Assembly: GCA_012841015.1 (NCBI GenBank)
Contig: DUVN01000006.1
Location: 61,472 to 125,471 of the forward strand
Reading direction: 5' to 3'
DNA from: Clostridiaceae bacterium
GTDB taxonomy: Bacteria; Bacillota; Clostridia; Saccharofermentanales; DTU023
DNA: 64,000 bases
The translations under genes were made by a program, and so were the position numbers. How positions within the stretch are numbered: position 1 is the stretch's first letter; every line of letters begins with the position of its first letter. Below are positions 29,265 through 37,200 of the stretch, piece by piece. The notes beneath the pieces were generated by a model. The model had not been told where the DNA came from. It saw only the letters and a list, made by a program, of their open reading frames with translations, and searched no databases.

Positions 29265-29975
29265 ATGAAAATGAAAAAGAAAACATTCTATCAATATGCA
29301 ACGATCCTCGTCGTCTGTATACTTGTCGGCACTGTCATCGCACTTCTCATGAAAAATGTGAATGCATCCGATTCTGAGAGCAAGAGTTTACAGGAATTGC
29401 AGAATCAGATCATTGAGTACCAGCGAAAAAATGAAGAGCTAAACAATAGAAACGCACGTCTTTATGACTATATCACAGAGCTAGAACGCGGCGAAGGTGA
29501 AAGTTATCTCCTTGTCATGGAAGAGCGAGAGAAGTTCGCGACTTTTGCGGGGTTGAGAGCGGTGAAAAATGATGGTGTTATTATTACGATCTCGCCGATC
29601 GGGAACTATCAAGTCCAGGATGCGCTTGTCCGCCAGTTCACTAATGAGTTGTCTGCGCTCGGTGCTCAAGCAATCTCCATCAATAACGAACGCAAAGTGA
29701 CGACGACGGAGATTAGAACGAGTCGTGAGAATATAATGATCAATGGGATTGCTTTCAGTCGATCTGAACCGTTTGAAATTAAGGCCATCATCAACCCGAC
29801 TAAGATCGACAGTTTCGTCGTCCCCTACCTGCAATCGGTGAGTGAGAGTATAAAAAAGCAGCTTGGTGAAGAATCGGTCGCAATCACTGTTCGCCGGGAA
29901 AAGGGTATGATCATACCTGCGTTGAGCGAAGATAGGATAGGGTACGCGATGGATTTACTAATACCGGCTGACTGA
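29265..29975 (+). CDS. DUF881 family protein (second paralog)
   Basis: TM plus coiled coil, AGL..V...GV.ITI, NEL.A.GAQAISINNER and PFEIKAI. Confidence 0.85.
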   Translation: MKMKKKTFYQYATILVVCILVGTVIALLMKNVNASDSESKSLQELQNQIIEYQRKNEELNNRNARLYDYITELERGEGESYLLVMEEREKFATFAGLRAVKNDGVIITISPIGNYQVQDALVRQFTNELSALGAQAISINNERKVTTTEIRTSRENIMINGIAFSRSEPFEIKAIINPTKIDSFVVPYLQSVSESIKKQLGEESVAITVRREKGMIIPALSEDRIGYAMDLLIPAD

Positions 29976-30041
29976 CATTTCTGACAATTGAATGATCTAA
30001 ATGGACATACAAATTTGATCAACAGGCTATAATGGTAAGCA

Positions 30042-31046
30042 ATGGGTAATAAGGTAACAGTCTTTGAAAAACATCTCGAATTGAGTCATCCTGATGAGGG
30101 ACTCGCACTCCTAGGTTCCTGCAATGGACATGCGGAGATGGTGGGGAAGGCGCTCAATGTGACAGTTGAGGCGACGGCAACAGGCATTGTCATACGCGGT
30201 AACAAAAAAGCCGTTGAGACAGCTTGGCGTATTTACAATCGCCTGCACGAACTTTGTCGTGCAGGCTCTGCTCCTGTCACAGAACAGCTTATCCGCTATC
30301 TTGTCGATGCGTCCTTAGAAGGTGACTTAACGAGTGCAGAAAAATTCACACCTAATTTAATTTGCGTCAATGCGAAAGGCCGACCGATCTTGAGTAAGAC
30401 GGTCGGACAGCAGCAATATGTCGAGGCGATCAAAAATCATGAACTGACGTTCGCTATTGGACCGGCGGGAACGGGGAAGACTTATCTCGCCGTGGCAATG
30501 GCAGTCAAAGCGTTTAGAGCGCATGAGATTTCACGCATTGTATTGACGAGACCTGCGATTGAGGCCGGTGAGAATCTCGGGTTTTTACCAGGTGACCTGC
30601 AGAGCAAAGTCGATCCTTACATGCGTCCTCTCTATGACTCACTCAACGACTTGATGGGGTTTGAGGTTTACCAGCGCCATTTGGAACGCCATGAGATCGA
30701 AATATCACCGCTGGCGTATATGCGTGGCAGGACACTCGATGATGCCTTTATCATTCTTGATGAGGCGCAGAATACTACACGCGAACAGATGAAAATGTTT
30801 CTGACGCGTATCGGTTATAATGCGCGCGCTGTTGTGACGGGTGATATCACACAGATTGATCTGCCGCAGCGTCGAAAGAGCGGTCTTGCAGAGGCGGCGA
30901 AGTTGCTGGGTTCCCTTGAAGGCGTGACGAGCATCAGGCTTACGGAGCGCGATGTCGTTCGAAACCCGCTCGTGCAACGTATCATACGCGCATACGAGAA
31001 AGAGGCTTCTCGTGCAAAAGATGACAGAAGGAGATCGGGTCGATGA
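30042..31046 (+). CDS. phoH: PhoH-family (YbeZ-like) ATPase
   Basis: GPAGTGKT, LTRPAIEAGENLGFLPG, YMRGRTL and DEAQN. Confidence 0.96.
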   Translation: MGNKVTVFEKHLELSHPDEGLALLGSCNGHAEMVGKALNVTVEATATGIVIRGNKKAVETAWRIYNRLHELCRAGSAPVTEQLIRYLVDASLEGDLTSAEKFTPNLICVNAKGRPILSKTVGQQQYVEAIKNHELTFAIGPAGTGKTYLAVAMAVKAFRAHEISRIVLTRPAIEAGENLGFLPGDLQSKVDPYMRPLYDSLNDLMGFEVYQRHLERHEIEISPLAYMRGRTLDDAFIILDEAQNTTREQMKMFLTRIGYNARAVVTGDITQIDLPQRRKSGLAEAAKLLGSLEGVTSIRLTERDVVRNPLVQRIIRAYEKEASRAKDDRRRSGR

Positions 31047-33271
31047 AAGGATCAGAGAAAAAAACACGTCTCATTGTCAATACTGCGTTCGTGATCATTG
31101 CGGCAGCAGCAATGATCGTTACCGTGTATATAGGGTCATCTCCTAGGCAATACGATCTGCAGATCGGAGACATTAGTTCGTATGACATCGCCGCACCACT
31201 CGATTTTGCCGATAACGCTGAGACTGTGAGACGTGCACTCGAGGCGATGGCTCAGATACCGAACGTCATGATTCGTTCGGAAGTGCTCAGTAACGCCTCG
31301 TCCGACTCGATGCGCCAGTTAATGGAGCTCGTCCAGAAGAAACGCGACATGATCTATAAAGAGCTTAATATTATCATAGACTCGCCAAACGTACCTTCTG
31401 ATCCTCTACAGACGATGCCCCCTGAGGAGAATCGCACGCGTCGTCCTGACAATCATGAGATTGAAATTGCAGTTTCGTCGCTCATTTCTGCAGTCGATCA
31501 GGAGCTCGGCATTGTATTGCCCTCAGGTGAGGCAGATACTTTGATCAGGATGGAAGAAGAGAGATTTCTCAACTTAAAAGCGATTGTTAATGCCGAGACG
31601 AATGCCATTATTGTCAAAACGCTTGATGATGCCGGACTTCAATCCGTTATTGAAGAGACAGTGTTACGCTTAGAGGCGAGCATGGAGTATTACCGCGATG
31701 ACGCTTACCTTGTCGGTCGATTGCTGACGCTCGTTATTCATCCCAATGTAGAATACAACGAGGAGGCGACCGATAAAGCGAGGCAGGCGGCATATGATCG
31801 CGTGATGGGAGACCCGGTGATGATCAACCGTGGAGCACGCATCATCAGCCAAGGAGATGTAATCACACCTGAGTCAAAGATGATGCTTGACGAACTGAAT
31901 TTGACGGTCGGAACGCGATTCGATTGGCAGCGGCTCGGATCGATCATTTTACTCGTATTGCTTCTCTGTTTTATCTCCATACTCTTTTTTATGCGTTACG
32001 AGTCGGAGCTTATGTATTCGACACCACGAACGATGATCGCTCTTTTGATTGCAATCATGCTGCCTCTCATCATGACGGCATACTTGGCGCGCGATTTACC
32101 GCTCTCTTCACCTGTCTATTTTGCTGCAGTTGTTATCACGGCGTATTTTGGTCTTCGTACGTCTATTTTTGTCACGTCACTCCTCATTATCATGATTGCG
32201 CCGATGACTTCATTCAATCCGTCTTTTTCGATTGTTGCCTTGACAGGGTGTCTTGTCGCTTCGCTCTTTACAAGGGGGACGAGCGGTAGACAGGACAATT
32301 ACGCGCGCATCATACTCGCAACATCGCTGACGACAGCGATGACTGCCTTCATCGTCAGTTTCCTTCAGAAAGAGTCGTGGGCACTTATTTCGAGCCACGT
32401 AATACAGTCGACCGTCTCTGGTGCGCTGTCTGTGATTATTGGGATAGGCATTATGCCGCTGTTTGAACTCATCTTCAATACTGTTTCACCGCTCCGGCTT
32501 ATTGAGTTATCTCAGCCGGGGCACCCGCTGATGAAGCGGCTCTTCGTTGAGGCACCAGGCACGTCGCAGCATGCGATGATGGTCGCCAATCTCGCCGATA
32601 CGGCGGCGGAGGCGATCGGGGCAGACGCTATGATCGCGCGTGTTGGCGCCTACTTTCACGATGTTGGCAAACTTGAGGCCCCTCTGATGTTCACTGAGAA
32701 CCAGTCGGGCGAAAATCCTCATGACCTTCTCTCGCCGATCGAGAGTGCACGTATCATCACGAAACATCCGGAAGATAGCATGGCGATCGGTAGAAGGTAC
32801 CGACTTCCACTGCCACTCTTACGCATTGCGCATGAACACCACGGATCGACCGTTTTACAGTATTTTTGGAACAAAGCGCGTCATGAGGCCGAGGAGCGAG
32901 GTGAAGAGCCGCCGTCAATCGATTTGTTTCGTTATAGGACACCGTTGCCGAGCACAAGAGAGTCGGCAATTGTCATGTTAGCTGATTCCACTGAAGCGGC
33001 GATGCGCTCAGAGGGTATCAAGACTCTTGAACAGGCTGAGCTCCTGATTAAGAACATCATCAAAGATAAAATCGATCAAGAGCAATTGGTGAAGTCAGGG
33101 CTTTCATTTGCCGATGTCGAAACGATTCTCCAGTCCTTTCTCCGCGTGTACGCTGGACACTTCCACGAGCGTGTCCCTTATCGTTCGCAGAAACCGAAAA
33201 AACAACAGCGTTCATTGCCGGCAAGTAGTCCCCAAGAAGGTGATTATTCTCTTGATAAAGTGACGACATGA
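31043..33271 (+). CDS. pgpH: 7TM-HD phosphohydrolase (PgpH/YqfF-like c-di-AMP phosphodiesterase)
   Basis: Extracellular domain, about 7 TMs, EAPGT..H, FHDVGK, HEHHG and MLADSTEAA. Located between phoH and ybeY. Confidence 0.88.
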   Translation: MKGSEKKTRLIVNTAFVIIAAAAMIVTVYIGSSPRQYDLQIGDISSYDIAAPLDFADNAETVRRALEAMAQIPNVMIRSEVLSNASSDSMRQLMELVQKKRDMIYKELNIIIDSPNVPSDPLQTMPPEENRTRRPDNHEIEIAVSSLISAVDQELGIVLPSGEADTLIRMEEERFLNLKAIVNAETNAIIVKTLDDAGLQSVIEETVLRLEASMEYYRDDAYLVGRLLTLVIHPNVEYNEEATDKARQAAYDRVMGDPVMINRGARIISQGDVITPESKMMLDELNLTVGTRFDWQRLGSIILLVLLLCFISILFFMRYESELMYSTPRTMIALLIAIMLPLIMTAYLARDLPLSSPVYFAAVVITAYFGLRTSIFVTSLLIIMIAPMTSFNPSFSIVALTGCLVASLFTRGTSGRQDNYARIILATSLTTAMTAFIVSFLQKESWALISSHVIQSTVSGALSVIIGIGIMPLFELIFNTVSPLRLIELSQPGHPLMKRLFVEAPGTSQHAMMVANLADTAAEAIGADAMIARVGAYFHDVGKLEAPLMFTENQSGENPHDLLSPIESARIITKHPEDSMAIGRRYRLPLPLLRIAHEHHGSTVLQYFWNKARHEAEERGEEPPSIDLFRYRTPLPSTRESAIVMLADSTEAAMRSEGIKTLEQAELLIKNIIKDKIDQEQLVKSGLSFADVETILQSFLRVYAGHFHERVPYRSQKPKKQQRSLPASSPQEGDYSLDKVTT

Positions 33272-34680
33272 TTGATATTCACTGCTACAATCGACAGCGC
33301 GTCTTCCGCAATCGTGAAACGTATCCCGTCATATCTGAGGCTGCGGAACACGCTCTGTATCATGCTCCTGCGATCGTGGATCTCTTTGAGAACGGTATCG
33401 GTGTGTCGCTCGATATTATGCTCGTCGGGCCGCGCGTGATGCGGCGTATCAATCGTGAGCACCGCGGCATCGATGCTGAGACAGATATTCTTTCTTTTCC
33501 GAACTGTGTCATGCACCGAGGAGCCTTTCGGGAAGCCATTGAGGACTGGGAGATTATCGATATCGATGGAGCAGGCCGTCCGACACTCGAATTGGGTGAG
33601 TTGGTGATCGCGCCAAGGCGTGTAGCCTTGCAGGCTGAGGAATTGGGACATTCATTTGAGCGAGAGCTTCGTTTTCTTGTGATCCACGGTGTATTGCATC
33701 TTCTCGGTTTCGACCATGAAGAGAGAGACGATGAAATTGAGATGATACATCTTCAGAAGAAGCTTGTGGCCGATCTAGAAGAAATTCCGTGTGGATTTGT
33801 CGCGTTGACGGGTCGACCGAACGTCGGGAAATCGACGCTTCTCAACGAAATCGCAGGGCGTACACTGGCAATCACGACGGCTAAACCGCAGACGACACGC
33901 CATTCGATACGATGCGTCTACACGGCGGACGACTGCCAAATTGCTTTCATCGATACGCCCGGTATTCATCGCCCAAAGACAGGTCTCGGGAGAGCGATGA
34001 TGAGGTCTGCTGTTAATTCGATTCACCAAGCGGATGTCATCGTTCTGATGATTGATGCCGCGTGGCGCCCTATCATCGGTACGGCCGAGCAGCAGGTGAT
34101 TGAACAAGCAAAAAAAGATAAGAAGCCAATCATTCTTGTCATTAACAAAGTCGACGCGACGAGGAAAGAGAATGTTCTTCCTCTCATACAGGTGTACGAG
34201 AAGGCATATCAGCTTGAAGCCTACATTCCCATATCTGCCAAATACGGCGATGGTATAGACCTTCTCATTGACGAGATAAAGCGTTTACTTCCTGTTCAAA
34301 GGCGTCTTTTTTCTGCCGATGATGAGACAGATCAGACGGAGCGGATACTCGCCGGTGAACTTATTAGGCGCGAAGTGCTTTTGCAAACTGATCAGGAAAT
34401 CCCATATGGCGTAACAGTCATTGTGGAATCTTTTGAGGAGACGGATGAGAGGCGAGATCGCTTTGTCGTGATCGATGCTGTCATCTTGTGTAACAAAGAC
34501 TCACACAAGCAAATCTTGATCGGAAAAGGCGGTTCAAAAATTAAATCAATCGGCATGGCTGCGAGATCGGCCATCGAGTCACTTTTAGAGGCGCACGTTG
34601 ACCTCTCTTTGTTTGTCAAGGTCAGGCATGACTGGCAGAATCGAGCGCATTACCTGCGGGAATCGGGGATTTCTGAGTAA
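33268..34680 (+). CDS. ybeY-era: YbeY-Era fusion protein
   Basis: YbeY motifs (NREHRG.D..TDILSF, LGELVI, HGVLHLLGFDH) directly followed in frame by Era (GRPNVGKST, PQTTR, DTPG, NKVD, EIPY, KH ILIGKGG..IK). Confidence 0.95.
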   Translation: MIDIHCYNRQRVFRNRETYPVISEAAEHALYHAPAIVDLFENGIGVSLDIMLVGPRVMRRINREHRGIDAETDILSFPNCVMHRGAFREAIEDWEIIDIDGAGRPTLELGELVIAPRRVALQAEELGHSFERELRFLVIHGVLHLLGFDHEERDDEIEMIHLQKKLVADLEEIPCGFVALTGRPNVGKSTLLNEIAGRTLAITTAKPQTTRHSIRCVYTADDCQIAFIDTPGIHRPKTGLGRAMMRSAVNSIHQADVIVLMIDAAWRPIIGTAEQQVIEQAKKDKKPIILVINKVDATRKENVLPLIQVYEKAYQLEAYIPISAKYGDGIDLLIDEIKRLLPVQRRLFSADDETDQTERILAGELIRREVLLQTDQEIPYGVTVIVESFEETDERRDRFVVIDAVILCNKDSHKQILIGKGGSKIKSIGMAARSAIESLLEAHVDLSLFVKVRHDWQNRAHYLRESGISE

Positions 34681-35441
34681 TGAGCACGATCACAACAAAA
34701 GCGTTCGTGATGAATTCCTTCCCTTGGAAGGAGAGACATCGCCTCCTGCACCTCTTGACACCTGATCTCGGACTGATTACAGTGCTTGCCCCTGCAAGTG
34801 AACGATTGAAAAGCGAGATTAGGGGGGCAACCCAACTCTTTTCATTGTCTGAGTTTGTTCTGACGGAAAAACAATCGCGATATTCCGTCCGTTCAGCCTC
34901 TGTCATTGAGTCATTTATTGCGATCTCCGAAGACCTCGATCGCTTGGCTGCAGCATCGCACGCTGTTGAGGTATTTACCGATGTGGCGAGGCACGATGAG
35001 CCGAATCGCACGATCTATGAGCTTTGGGCATATACGATCTATGAAATTTCTGTATCAAAATCTCCCGTTTTTGTCGCACGCATGGCATCTCTTCGGCTGA
35101 TGGTGGAGATTGGATTGACGCCATGTCTCGACTCGTGTGTACGTTGTCACGGACTCGTCAGTGAGCCATTCCGTTTCAGCTTCTCAGAGGGCGGACTTCT
35201 CTGTAGTCGTGAGGAGTTTCGTCAGACACAGGCTGAGTGGATGATCTTGTCTCCTAGTACTTTGGCGCTTCTGCGCCATATCGCGACAGTGTCTTTTGCG
35301 AGGCTTTTTCGTTTTTATGCATCACCAGAGGTGCTATCTGAGGCATCAGATTTTGCAGATCGCTGGCTTGAAGAGCGTATGGAGAAGCGATACAATCGAC
35401 TCGCAATCCTTGAACACAATCCAACATTTTTACTCAGCTGA
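34680..35441 (+). CDS. recO: DNA repair protein RecO
   Basis: OB-fold N-terminus, C-terminal CVRC...GGLLC Zn region, downstream of era. Confidence 0.9.
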   Translation: MSTITTKAFVMNSFPWKERHRLLHLLTPDLGLITVLAPASERLKSEIRGATQLFSLSEFVLTEKQSRYSVRSASVIESFIAISEDLDRLAAASHAVEVFTDVARHDEPNRTIYELWAYTIYEISVSKSPVFVARMASLRLMVEIGLTPCLDSCVRCHGLVSEPFRFSFSEGGLLCSREEFRQTQAEWMILSPSTLALLRHIATVSFARLFRFYASPEVLSEASDFADRWLEERMEKRYNRLAILEHNPTFLLS

Positions 35442-35485
35442 CGGCATGCCGTACGCTAGTGGATGACTTTTTATAGGAGATTTGA

Positions 35486-36220
35486 ATGGCAGTATTTCAA
35501 AGTGTGTTTGATATTATCGGTCCGGTGATGGTCGGCCCATCGAGTTCCCACACGGCTGGGGCAGTTAGAATTGGTTTGGCCGCACGATCTATTTTTGGTG
35601 AACAACCTGAAGAAGTCGATATCACATTGTATGGTTCTTTCGGGCATACGTATCGTGGTCACGGGACTGACTTGGCGTTGATTGGCGGACTTCTTGGGCG
35701 AGCGACTGATAGTGATGAAATACGCTATGCTTATGATCTTGCAGAAAAAGAAGGACTAAAAGTTAATATTAAAGTTTCCGACAGGAATGTCGATCATCCT
35801 AATACGGCTCACATCGTCATGTTTGCAGGCGACCGATCGATGAATATGACAGCATGCTCAGTCGGAGGGGGCATGATTAATATCATTAGAATCGACGGCT
35901 TCCGTGTTCGTGTAAGTTTTGATAATCCGACCGTCCTCTTTTTCTATCGTGACCGTACTGGAATGATCGCAAGGGTGACGCGTATATTGGCTGATCACAG
36001 CATTAATGTGAGCCGTATGCAGGTTGCGCGCAAGGAGAGCGGTACACAAGCATTGATGACGATTGCGACTGACGGGATTATCCCTGAGCGTGTGATGGCA
36101 GAGATCAGATCGATTAGTGAGTTGGGGCCGATCATCTCGCTAAGTGAACTCATGCGTGAACCAGATCAAGCGCCGGTCAACGGTTCGACAGCACAAGAGT
36201 CAAGGAGGCCTCAGTCATGA
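35486..36220 (+). CDS. sdaAB: L-serine dehydratase, Fe-S dependent, beta subunit
   Basis: FDIIGPVMVGPSSSHTAGA, TYRGHGTD and a C-terminal ACT domain. Confidence 0.96.
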   Translation: MAVFQSVFDIIGPVMVGPSSSHTAGAVRIGLAARSIFGEQPEEVDITLYGSFGHTYRGHGTDLALIGGLLGRATDSDEIRYAYDLAEKEGLKVNIKVSDRNVDHPNTAHIVMFAGDRSMNMTACSVGGGMINIIRIDGFRVRVSFDNPTVLFFYRDRTGMIARVTRILADHSINVSRMQVARKESGTQALMTIATDGIIPERVMAEIRSISELGPIISLSELMREPDQAPVNGSTAQESRRPQS

Positions 36221-37140
36221 AACTATATCCGAAGAATTTTGCAACGGCAATTCACAATTGTAATTTGAGCGGGATCAGCTTGTCTCGCTATTTTCTCGAC
36301 ATTGAGATTGTTTTAAATGAAACGCCAGAAGCAGTTATTCTCAAGAAAATGGAGAAAAACCTCTCTGTTATGGAGAAAGCCGCCGCGAAGGGGATAGCAG
36401 GCGTCACCTCTTTTTCTGGTTTGACGGGTGGTGATGCAAAGCGTCTGGCGGCGTTCCGTACCAAAGGTTCTCCTTTCGGTGATAGCCTCTATTTAGAGGG
36501 CATGATAAAATCGCTCGCTGTCAATGAAGTGAATGCGGCGATGGGTGTGATTTGCGCCACGCCTACTGCAGGTTCATCGGGCGTGCTTCCAGGTGTGCTG
36601 CTGACGATTCGCGACCGGCTTCATCTTAGCCGGCGCGCACAGATCAACTTTCTTATTACAGCAGGAGGATCGGGAATTCTTATCGCTAACCAAGCATCGA
36701 TATCGGGTGCCGAGGGCGGGTGCCAAGCTGAAGTCGGTTCGGCATCGGCGATGACTGCTGCTGCGCTTGTGGAGGCAGCAGGCGGGACTCCATCACAGTC
36801 GGGCCACGCATTGGCTATCGCCTTAAAGAATCTTTTAGGGCTTTCTTGTGATCCAGTTGCAAGTCTTGTCGAAGTCCCATGCATCAAGCGGAACGCCATA
36901 GGCGTCGTCAATGCGATTGCCGCCGCCGAGATGGCGCTTGCAGGCATTGAAAGTCGTATTCCTGTAGACGAGGTCATTCAGGCGATGGGGTCGATAGGAC
37001 GCATGATGCCCATGGCGCTTCGTGAGACTGCGCTTGGCGGTCTTGCGCAGACGCCGACTGCATGTCGTATGACGTCCATGCTTCAAGAGGAAGGGCACAT
37101 CCCTTGGCCCTTTCCAGCTGCCAGAAGTGATGAGCGATAA
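36217..37140 (+). CDS. sdaAA: L-serine dehydratase, Fe-S dependent, alpha subunit
   Basis: ATPTAGS, GGCQAEVG, LSCDPV, VPCIKRN and RETALGGLA. Confidence 0.96.
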   Translation: MKLYPKNFATAIHNCNLSGISLSRYFLDIEIVLNETPEAVILKKMEKNLSVMEKAAAKGIAGVTSFSGLTGGDAKRLAAFRTKGSPFGDSLYLEGMIKSLAVNEVNAAMGVICATPTAGSSGVLPGVLLTIRDRLHLSRRAQINFLITAGGSGILIANQASISGAEGGCQAEVGSASAMTAAALVEAAGGTPSQSGHALAIALKNLLGLSCDPVASLVEVPCIKRNAIGVVNAIAAAEMALAGIESRIPVDEVIQAMGSIGRMMPMALRETALGGLAQTPTACRMTSMLQEEGHIPWPFPAARSDER

Positions 37141-37200
37141 CGTATTTCTACGGTTTGCATGATGATTGTCGATACCTAGGCTCCATAGTCTCTGCGATGC

